Positions 1 through 8,371 of a DNA stretch of 10,272 bases are shown piece by piece. The stretch is from Octopus sinensis. Taxonomy: Eukaryota. The stretch's first letter is position 1, and every line of letters begins with the position of its first letter. The position numbers were made by a program, and so were the translations under genes. The stretch is taken from assembly GCF_006345805.1 (NCBI RefSeq), contig NW_021827717.1, forward strand, positions 1 through 10,272, in the 5' to 3' direction. The notes under the pieces are model-generated. The model ran no database searches and was not told where the DNA came from. It worked only from the letters and a program-made list of their open reading frames with translations.

Positions 1-10
1 ATTCCTTGAG

Positions 11-148
11 TGGTAATTTTTTTACCGACTCGAAAGGATGAAAAGCAAAGTTAACCTCGGTGCGATTTGAACTCAAAACGCAGAGAACTGAAACGAATAA
101 TGCAAAATAGTTTATCCAACGCTCTAACCCTTCTGTCAAATCGTCGCT
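11..148 (-). mobile_element. Diverged 5' fragment (tRNA-like head and start of body) of the same SINE family as the arrays at 3429-6619
   Basis: CGAAAGGATGAAAAGCAAAGTTAACCTCGG...ATTTGAACTCA...TTCTGTCAAATCGTCGC aligns to the reverse complement of 6014-6150, with many substitutions. Confidence 0.8.
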
Positions 149-243
149 TTCGTATCGTATGTGAAAAATGAACAAATACGAATATGTTCTACACAAATCT
201 ATCTTAAAATTCATTTTAAGACCTCGCTAGTATGTAGTAGACT

Positions 244-291
244 ACACTTCACTGATGAGGTGAAATAACATTGAAATATGTCCGGAGTTGT
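244..291 (+). ncRNA. Minimal type-I hammerhead ribozyme motif (Penelope-like element/retrozyme type), stems partly decayed
   Basis: Core CTGATGA 252-258. Stem II GGTG 259-262 / CATT 269-272 (2 WC + 2 G.U). GAAA 273-276, TATG 277-280, TC site 281-282. Stem I ACACTTCA 244-251 / CGGAGTTGT 283-291, with one mismatch and one bulge. Confidence 0.6.
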
Positions 292-424
292 CACTATACT
301 CAACAAGCTGTTATAATCCTTAAAATGTTTAGATTATTATAACGCCCACTTCGGTATACAGTATACTTAGTAAAACCAGTAAAGACACGACTATCTCTGA
401 CCACCTACTATGTACTCTAGTACT

Positions 425-812
425 GTGGAGGCGCAATGGCCCAGTGGTTAGGGCAGCGGACTCGCGGTCATAGTATCGCGGTTTCGATTCCCAGACCGGG
501 CGTTGTGAGTGTTTATTGAGCGAAGACACATAAAGCTCCACGAGGCTCCGGCAGGGGGTGGTGGTGATACCTGCTGTACTCTTTCACCACAGCTTTCTCT
601 CACGCTTACTTCCTGTTTCTGTTGTACCTGTATTTCAAAGGCCGGCCTTGTCACTCTCTGTGTCACGCTGAATATCCCCGAGAACTACGTTAAAGGTACA
701 CGTGTCTGTGGAGTGCTCAGCCACTTACACGTTAATTTCACGAGCAGGCTGTTCCGTTGATTCAGATCAACCGGAACCCTCGTCGTCGTAACCGACGGAG
801 TGTCTTCTTCTT
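425..812 (+). mobile_element. Full-length tRNA-derived SINE, family 1, copy 1
   Basis: A box TGGCCCAGTGG 437-447, B box GTTTCGATTCC 481-491, (CTT)n tail. 10-bp TSD CTCTAGTACT at 415-424 and 813-822. Second copy at 5192-5583. Confidence 0.93.
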
Positions 813-1052
813 CTCTAGTACTTCACGTACTTCTTTTTACTTATAGTGACCCTGTCATTCCATTCGTCACGTGGGAGTGGTGTACCATTATTACTAATTC
901 CTTTCAACAGATACATTAGACCAATACCCCACTAAATACTTTCATTTAATTTTTAATCTCTTTAGATTTCTGAGTGGTTTTCTTTGCTTTCCTTGATAAG
1001 AATTATCATTAGCGTTGATGACTTTTCTCTTCTTATGGGTGTAATTAGTAAA

Positions 1053-1270
1053 GGCATGTGGTCTCGTGGTTAGGGTGTTGCACTCACAATCATAAGATCG
1101 TAGTTTCGATCCCGGAACGGGTGGCATATTATGTTTCTGACCAAAACACTTCATTTCACGTTACTCTAACCCACTCGGCTTCAAATGAGTTATACTGCGG
1201 TGGACTGGCGGGCCGCTGCGGGTGGAATGTTGTGATCTCAGTTTCTTATATGCCATGAACATCGGGTAAC
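1053..1270 (+). mobile_element. Old, diverged tRNA-derived SINE with CORE-like central block
   Basis: A-box-like TGGTCTCGTGG and B-box-like GTTTCGATCCC. The block TGTTTCTGACCAAAACACTTCATTTCACGTT...AAATGAGTT is homologous to 9908-9973 in this window. No TSD seen. Confidence 0.75.
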
Positions 1271-1349
1271 TTAAGAGACTTAAGACCCGGATAACCGGGT
1301 CTTAAGGTTCTTGGGATTCGAGACAGTGCTTACGTTTTTTACTTATACA

Positions 1350-1446
1350 ATATAAGTATGAAGGAGTGTGGCCAGGTGATTAAGGGTCCTTGGCTGTAAT
1401 CGCGATTGATTAAACATTTTATGTGTCATTAAAGTATGTTATTCCT
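1350..1446 (+). repeat. Left copy of a ~97-bp direct repeat flanking the SINE at 1447-1865
   Basis: Matches 1866-1965 with 5 substitutions and one 3-bp indel. Confidence 0.95.
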
Positions 1447-1865
1447 ACGGCTGTGAGGTAAGTAACTTGATAACCAACCACATGGTTCTGGGTTCAGTCC
1501 CACTGCGCGGTATCTTGGGCAAGTGTCTTCTGCTATAGCCCCGGGCCGACCAATGCCTTGTGAGTGGATTTGGTAGACGGAAACTGAAAGAAGCCTGTCG
1601 TATATATGTATATGTATGTATGTATGTATGTGTGTGTGTCTGTGTGCCTGTGTTTGTCCCCCTAGCATTGCTTGACAACCGATGCTGGTGTGTTAACGTC
1701 CCCTTCACTTAGCGGTTCGGCAAAAAAGAGACCGATAGAATAGGTACTGGGCTTACAAAGAATAAGTCCCGGGGTCGATTTGCTCGACTAAAGGCGGTGC
1801 TCCAGCATGGCCGCAGTCAAATGACTGAAGCAAGTAAAAGAAAGAAAAGAAAGAAAGAGAGAAAG
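1447..1865 (+). mobile_element. tRNA-derived SINE, family 3, with internal (TATG)n(TG)n microsatellite and A/G-rich tail
   Basis: Degenerate A box CGGCTGTGAGG 1448-1458, B-box-like GGTTCAGTCCC 1491-1501, CORE-like CTTGGGCAAGTGTCTT. Near-identical inverted copy at 8584-9006. Confidence 0.92.
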
Positions 1866-1965
1866 ATATAAGTATGAAGGCGCGTGGCCAGCTGATTAAG
1901 GGTCCATGGCTGTAATCGCGATTGATTAAGCATTTTATGTGTCATTAAAGTATGTTATTATTCCT
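1866..1965 (+). repeat. Right copy of the ~97-100-bp direct repeat
   Basis: Matches 1350-1446. Confidence 0.95.
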
Positions 1966-2025
1966 GCCCATCACCGCTTAAATAGCATCAGTGTACATGT
2001 TTGTCTGGTTTGGGTTTCGTTTCAG

Positions 2026-2202
2026 ATTCTCAGCAAACTCAGCCGTCCCTCGGCGGGTTACATTCATTTCCTCGATTACTTGATGTACATCCCGTTCTTC
2101 ATAAAAGTCCACCAAACAATCATCGACAACCCATTATACGATTTTACACAGATGAACGCCACAACATCGAAAGAGGGAAATCAAGGAGGAAACAGAAAGT
2201 AA
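2026..2202 (+). CDS. Probable last coding exon of a gene with a degenerate EF-hand-like motif ([58 protein letters not shown])
   Basis: Pyrimidine-rich acceptor GGGTTTCGTTTCAG| ending at 2025, then a phase-0 open frame of 58 codons in unique sequence. [12 protein letters not shown] has G6/I8/D12 EF-loop spacing. Gene identity not established. Confidence 0.65.
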   Translation: MLSKLSRPSAGYIHFLDYLMYIPFFIKVHQTIIDNPLYDFTQMNATTSKEGNQGGNRK

Positions 2203-2257
2203 TACAACTAATAAACAAAAAAACAACGAACTGAGAATTTTTAAAGTAAGGCGCTCG

Positions 2258-2325
2258 TACATATACATGTATATATACATTGATACATACGTATACATTC
2301 ATACATATTACTCACCCACACTCAA

Positions 2326-2356
<31 letters not shown>

Positions 2357-2393
2357 CATATATATACATATATATACATATGTATACATATGT

Positions 2394-2436
<43 letters not shown>

Positions 2437-2645
2437 TATATACATATATATATACATATATATATATACATATATACATATATACATATATATATATACA
2501 TACACATATATATATACATATATATATATACATATATTACATATATACATATATATATTACATACACATATATACATGCATATATATATACATACATATA
2601 TACATACATATATATATACATATATATATACATACATATATATAC

Positions 2646-2685
<40 letters not shown>

Positions 2686-2699
2686 ATACATATATATAC
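2258..2699. repeat. Compound (TA)n/(CATA)n/(CA)n microsatellite
   Basis: Directly visible. Confidence 0.97.
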
Positions 2700-2778
2700 T
2701 TTGACAAATTAAACTTAAATGTTGAAGTGAATCGAACGGCTTTTGTGTGTTTCTTAGAAACTAATATTTAGGTAAAAA

Positions 2779-3218
2779 TCTCTCTCTATATAAACGGCAG
2801 TTTGTCTGTCTGTGTGTCTGTGTGTCTGTCAGGTTGTACCCTCACCCTGACTAAGGCTTTCAACCGATTCTGATGAAACTTGACACACACATAGCCCAAT
2901 GTCATAATTCAAAACTAACGCAGTGAAAATTTTGAAAAGTTCCCCCAGTTCTGAAAACAATCGATAAATTCGACATTGGCTCGAGAATCTAAGCTTTTTA
3001 TATGCAACACATTTTCTGTCTAGGGGACACAACTCGACCTTTTTATCGCCCAAAGGGACAGCTAAGAACATCGTATACACAGAAGTATTCGAGTGAAGAG
3101 AAGACATTGCAACCTACACATGCGCCTTCGTTCCCTAGAGGGAAAGGACTAGATTGGGATTAGTCGTTGCCTACTAGGGGCTCTTACATACCCGGGCAAC
3201 GCCGGGCTATGCTGCTAG
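2779..3218 (+). mobile_element. Non-autonomous Helitron (440 bp)
   Basis: 5' TC follows A2778, and 3' CTAG 3215-3218 is followed by T3219 (A|T insertion, no TSD). Subterminal hairpin CCCGG-GCAACG-CCGGG at 3191-3206, 8 nt before CTAG. 5' (TGTC/TG)n tract. Confidence 0.85.
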
Positions 3219-3428
3219 TGTATTATAAAGAAATCCATTGTAAAATATGATTGGAAATATGTCCAGTCGCATAATGAATGTTCCGTAAACTGTGTTGGTC
3301 GTTGAAGACACTAAATATTCGCTGGTTTTTACGTTAGCAGTGAAGTAACTTCCCCAGTGTTGTCTCTGGGTTCTTGATAGAAATTGAACTCAGCAGCGCA
3401 GGTTAACAAACCACTTGCCAGGTTTATA

Positions 3429-3900
3429 GACTTTGCCTTTCATCCTTTCGGGGTCGATAAATTAAGTACCAGTTACGCACTTAATACCTATGTCTGTCCT
3501 TGTTTGTTCCTTCTGTGTTTAGCCCCTTGTGGGTAATAAAGAAATAGGTATATCGTCTGCCGTTACGTCCTGAGTTCAAATTCCGCCGAGGTCGACTTTA
3601 CCTTTCATTCTTTCGGGCTCGATTAAATAAGTACCAGTTAGGCACTGGGGTCGATATAACCGACTTAATCCGTTTGTCTGTCCTTGTTTGTCCTCTCTGT
3701 GTTTAGCCCCTTGTGGGTAATAAAGAAATAGGTATATCGTCTGCCGTTACGTCCTGAGTTCAAATTCCGCCGAGGTCGACTTTACCTTTCATTCTTTCGG
3801 GCTCGATTAAATAAGTACCAGTTAGGCACTGGGGTCGATATAACCGACTTAATCCGTTTGTCTGTCCTTGTTTGTCCTCTCTGTGTTTAGCCCCTTGTGG
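3429..3900 (+). mobile_element. SINE multimer array A: partial unit 3429-3546, full unit 3547-3730, 3'-truncated unit 3731-3900
   Basis: Period 184 bp, junction AAAGAAATA|GGTATATCG. Homologous to 6062-6619. Confidence 0.93.
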
Positions 3901-4009
3901 CGCTGCTTTAAATTAAAAGGTTACTCTCTGATACTTCTGAAAAGGCAATTAACCAACGATGAAGATATTATGGAACGATACGGAATATTTTAAAATCTAA
4001 TTAGATACA

Positions 4010-4639
4010 TATTTCTTTATTACCCACAAGGAGTTAAACATAGAGGGGACAAACAAGAACAGACATAGGTATTAAATCGATTACATCGACCCCAGTGCCT
4101 AACTGGTACTTATTTAATCGACCCCGAAAGGATGAAAGGCAAAGTCGACCTCGGCGGAATTTGAACTCAGAATGTAGCGACGGACGAAATACCTATTTCT
4201 TTTACTACCCACAAGGGGCTAAACACAGAAGGGACAAACAAGGACAGACATAGGTATTAAATCAATTACATCGACCCCAGTGCCTAACTGGTACTTATTT
4301 AATCGACCCCGAAATGATGAAAGGCAAAGTCGACCTCGTCTGAATTTGAACTCAGAACGTAGCGACGGACGAAATACCTATTTCTTTTACTACCCACAAG
4401 GGGCTAAACACAGAGAGGACAAACAGGGACAGTCAAAGGTATTAAGTCGATTACATCGACCCCGAAAGGATGATAGGCAAAGTCGACCTTGGCGGAATTT
4501 GAACTCAGAACGTAGCGACGGACGAAATACCTATTTCTTTTGCTACTCACAAGGGGCAAAACATAGAGGGGACAAACAAGGACAGACAAACGGATTAAGC
4601 CGTTTACATCGACCCCAGTGCGAAACTGGTACTTAATTT
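4010..4639 (-). mobile_element. SINE multimer array B: units 4010-4193, 4194-4378, 4379-4531 (32-bp deletion) and partial 4532-4639
   Basis: Reverse complement of the same unit, with junction CGAAATACC|TATTTCTTT three times. Confidence 0.93.
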
Positions 4640-5191
4640 CAGAGAGAATGTTGCGATCTATGTCGCTTAATCGCCACGTAAAACGAGTAACTGGCCTTAA
4701 AAGCCCTAGGACTCGAAACGGTACTTAATTACATAAAAATGACTATCCTATTACCACCTTTGTTGACTTCGTCGCTGGTTCTGGTAAACTGAGACTGTTA
4801 ATAACGATGCAGAAACGTACCTATTTGTCATTGAGTGACCGAAAAAAAAATGTTAGAAGGGAAACAAAAGGAGTAATGGCTGTATTACGTTGTCATATTG
4901 ATTGGATTCGTTGTCTCTTAGTGCATAAAGGCATATTATATTCCTATGTCCGAGAATTGACCCCTGGTAATAATCGATTTATTTATGCTGTAGCTGTCGT
5001 ATTGCTTTATTTAGATATTCACCATTACACTTCTGTTTCCATCCACTTTTTTCTGTCATTTTATTTCATCTCTGAAAAAAACTAACAAAGATGTCCATTA
5101 TTCGTACTCGGCGTTTTATTATATTTCCGCTTAGTTAAAATAATGTGATGGATGACGGAATCGATAGAGAGAGCAGAGGTAGACGAATAGT

Positions 5192-5583
5192 GTTGGAGGC
5201 GCAATGGCCCAGTGGTTAGGGCAGCGGACTCGCGGTCATAGGATCGCGGTTTCGATTCCCAGACCGGGCGTTGTGAGTGTTTATTGAGCGAAAACACCTA
5301 AAAAAGCTCCACGAGGCTCCGGCAGGGGATGGTGGTGATACCTGCTGTACTCTTTCACCACAACTTTCTCTCGCTCTTACTTCCTGTTTCTGTTGTACCT
5401 GTATTTCAAGAGGCCGGCCTTGTCACTCTCTGTGTCACGCTGAATATCCCCGAGAACTACGTTAAGGGTACACGTGTCTGTGGAGTGCTCAGCCACTTAC
5501 ACGTTAATTTCACGAGCAGGCTGTTCAGTTGATTCGGATCAATCGGAACCCTCATCGTCGTAACCGACGGAGTGCTTCCATTC
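5192..5583 (+). mobile_element. Full-length tRNA-derived SINE, family 1, copy 2
   Basis: A box 5205-5215, B box 5249-5259. TSD AGACGAATAGT 5181-5191 / AGATGAATAGT 5584-5594 (10/11, CpG transition). Confidence 0.93.
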
Positions 5584-6013
5584 AGATGAATAGTTCATAT
5601 AACATCCTTTTGCATTATCACTTCAAATCTACCTTTGTTTTTCATCCTTCTGGGACAAGTAAAAATAAATAGATAACAGGCAAATTCAGGAGGGACAGAG
5701 TAATTTAATTGACTATATACAGTCTCGAATAATTTCTGGACTTGTTTTCTACGACATACGTTAAAATGCGAGAGAGCAGACGATCGAATGGAAAATGTAA
5801 CGAAGATCCCGAGAATGATCGGAGTGTCTGAACAACCAACCAAAAGGTTGGTAGCTTTTCATCTGGTCCTCAGTACTATGCTGTGTCTAGAGCCAGGATA
5901 TTTAGTTCGTAAATGACCCTGTTGGCACGAAAATTATTCTTTAACTGATACAGGCTTCTTTTTGGCTTATACAGAAACCCTTGTTTCATGGTATCTAATT
6001 AGATTTTTTAAAA

Positions 6014-6619
6014 GGCGGCGAGCTGGCAGAACCGTTAGCACGCCGGGCGAAATGCGAGAGCCGTATTTTGTTTGCCGTTACGTTCTGTGTTCAAATTCCA
6101 CCGAGGTCGACTTTGCCTTTGCCTTTCACCCTTTCGGGGTCGATAAATTAAGTACCAGTTACACATTGGGGTCGATTCAATCGACTTAATCCGTTTGTCT
6201 GTCCTTGTTTCTCCTCTCTGTGTTTAGCTCCTTGTGGGTAGTAAAGAAATAGGTATTTCGTCTGCCGTTACATCCTGAGTTCAAATTTCGCTGAGGTCGA
6301 CTTTGCCTTTCATCCTTTCGGGGTCGATAAATTAAGTACCAGTTACACATTGGGGTCGATACAATCGACTTAATCCGTTTGTCTGTCCTTGTTTGTCCTC
6401 TCTGTGTTTAGCTCCTTGTGGGTAGTAAAGAAATAGGTATTTCGTCTGCCGTTACATCCTGAGTTCAAATTCCGCTGAGGTCGACTTTGCCTGTCATCCT
6501 TTCGGGGTCGATAAATTAAGTACCAGTTACACACTGGGGTCGATATAATCGACTTAATCCGTTTGTCTGTACTTGTTTGTCCCCTCTGTATTTAGCCCCT
6601 TGTGGGCAATACAGAAATA
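6014..6619 (+). mobile_element. SINE multimer array C: full-length headed unit 6014-6251 plus two headless 184-bp units 6252-6435 and 6436-6619
   Basis: tRNA-like head GGCGGCGAGCTGGCAGAACCGTTAGC, B box GTTCAAATTCC repeated in each unit, junction AAAGAAATA|GGTATTTCG, A-rich end. Confidence 0.94.
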
Positions 6620-6621
6620 AG

Positions 6622-6935
6622 AAAAATACTTAGTCTCGCAGCAATACCGATCCTTTACAAACATAGGTGAAACCCCTAATAAGTAATTGCGCTCCCCTAT
6701 GTGGGACAGAACTGCAGGTCTGCTGCATCACACGCAAACATCGTTAAGATGGATTCAGAGAAAAGTTAATCGTTTAATTGGTCACTTACCAAATCACATC
6801 AGCCCCCTAGCCCACAGACGTATCGTGTCTTCTTTACTTGTCTATTGATGATACAACAATGGCCCTTAATCATCAAATCTGTTTGGTTTCGTTCTGCCTT
6901 TGTTCTGCAGCTCCAGACCCGTTTGTCTCCCATCA
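6622..6935 (+). pseudogene. Fossil non-LTR retrotransposon (CR1/Jockey-like) reverse transcriptase C-terminal fragment
   Basis: With frameshifts it reads ILYK-x*VKPLISNCAPLCG...LRWIQRKVNRLIGHLPNHISPLAHRRIVSSLLVY**YNNGP*SSNL. This resembles the post-RT motif LYKAQVRPLMEYCSHLWG...LDRIQRRAVRLIG...PLSHRRDVASLSLFYRYYHG recalled from CR1/Jockey-like LINEs. Confidence 0.75.
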
Positions 6936-7170
6936 CTGAAAGGAAGGGGTTTTTCTGAGTGACTCGTCACTCGAATAAAAACGTAAAGAGGAGGCAGATG
7001 AAATGAGATTTAAATTCGAATATTTTATTAAGCATTCCAACAATTAAATACTATTTAAGTACAAATGTTGTTCACCAAGAAAATAATAAAGAAAAAGAGT
7101 ACCAACTTTTAAAATTCAAAATACGTTTTTATTCAATTTTCTTTATTAAAAATAAATATATTCTTTGTTT

Positions 7171-7238
7171 GTGTGTTTATGTATGTATGCATGTATACAT
7201 ATATACATATACATATATACATATATATACATACATAC

Positions 7239-7299
<61 letters not shown>

Positions 7300-7333
7300 C
7301 TATATATATATATATATATATAATATATATATA
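7171..7333. repeat. (TA)n/(TATG)n microsatellite
   Basis: Directly visible. Confidence 0.95.
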
Positions 7334-7452
7334 AAGTAAACAAGGGAGACAGAGAAAGGCAGAGACAGGGAAAATGCCAATTAAATTTGAACATTATACA
7401 ATATTCTTTTAAGACCTTTTCTTTTAATTTTACTAAATTTAATTATTTAATA

Positions 7453-7497
7453 ATTACAGTTGAAAAGGTCTCGAATGACCGAAACCGGCACTGAAAT
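7453..7497 (+). ncRNA. Degenerate (probably inactive) minimal type-I hammerhead ribozyme motif inside a ~210-bp (TA)n-flanked segment
   Basis: TTGAAAA 7460-7466 in place of CTGANGA. Perfect stem II GGTC-TCGAAT-GACC 7467-7480, GAAA 7481-7484, palindromic CCGG 7485-7488, CA in place of TA. Stem I ATTACAG 7453-7459 / CTGAAAT 7491-7497 with one mismatch. Confidence 0.45.
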
Positions 7498-7544
7498 GTT
7501 CTTTAAAAATTATTTTAGCATTTTCTATCTTGACTTGTTTTTCC

Positions 7545-7604
<60 letters not shown>

Positions 7605-7642
7605 TATATGTATCTATGTATGTACGTATGTATGTATATATA
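7545..7642. repeat. (TA)n/(TATG)n microsatellite
   Basis: Directly visible. Confidence 0.95.
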
Positions 7643-7831
7643 TTGCTGTATTGTTAGGAATAAAAACGGAATATGAATATAAATAAAAAATAACCAGACC
7701 TATCACAGTTTGCCGATAACAAACCAATGCTTGTTAAATTCTTTAGCAACGTCAAAATGCAAACAACCAGTCTTATATTTTGTCATAAAGCAGATGTCTA
7801 TATTTCCTTTACGTTCCTAAACACTGCAAAC

Positions 7832-8077
7832 GCATATGCATACATACATTACATACATGCATACATATACGTACATGCATACATACCTACATACATGCAT
7901 GCATGCATACATTACATACATACAATACATGCATACACACACACGCATAGATAGATAGATACATACATACATACATACAAACACATTATATACATACATA
8001 CATACATACATATATGCATACACACTGCCACTCACGCCTACACAAACACATTCAGACACACAATAATAATATAATAT

Positions 8078-8134
<57 letters not shown>

Positions 8135-8343
8135 GTATATATATGTATATATAAATATATATATATATATATAGTGTGTGTGTATGTATGTACGTACATA
8201 GGCATGTATATGTATGCATGAATGTGTGTATGTATGAATGTGTGTATGTATGTATGTATGTATGTATGTATGTATGTATGTATGTATGTGTGTGTATATA
8301 TATATATATATGTATGTATGTGTGTATGTGTATAATTATATAT
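7832..8343. repeat. Compound (CATA)n-(TA)n-(TATG)n microsatellite
   Basis: Directly visible. Confidence 0.93.
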
Positions 8344-8371
8344 CAATGCCTATGACGAAGAGTGGAACATG

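Noticed and set aside
428-500. tRNA genes at SINE heads (also 5195, 6014, 9832)
   Set aside because: They have A and B boxes but no proper acceptor stem, and they continue into SINE bodies.
509-760. Similar ORFs at 509-760 and 5277-5532, and at 1429-1708 and 8770-8979
   Set aside because: They lie wholly within SINE copies, and the frames break between copies.
2267-2771. Long YI/HT/YM-rich ORFs (also 7146-7394, 7817-8059, 8038-8346)
   Set aside because: They are translations of TA/CA microsatellites, which lack stop codons.
2870-2876. CTGATGA hammerhead core
   Set aside because: There is no stem II or GAAA at the right spacing, and it sits in the Helitron body.
4280-4636. 118-aa repetitive ORF
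   Set aside because: It is the antisense reading of SINE array B, and its periodicity follows the DNA repeat.
4687-4731. Third decayed hammerhead (AGCCCTAGGACTCGAAACGGTA)
   Set aside because: The CUGANGA box is unrecognisable and stem I is poor, so it cannot be distinguished from chance.
4807-5085. 92-aa ORF
   Set aside because: It has no recognisable motif or convincing splice signals, and its C-terminus is low-complexity and T-rich.
6014-6619. CRISPR-like array
   Set aside because: The units are contiguous with no unique spacers, there are no cas genes, and the context is eukaryotic.
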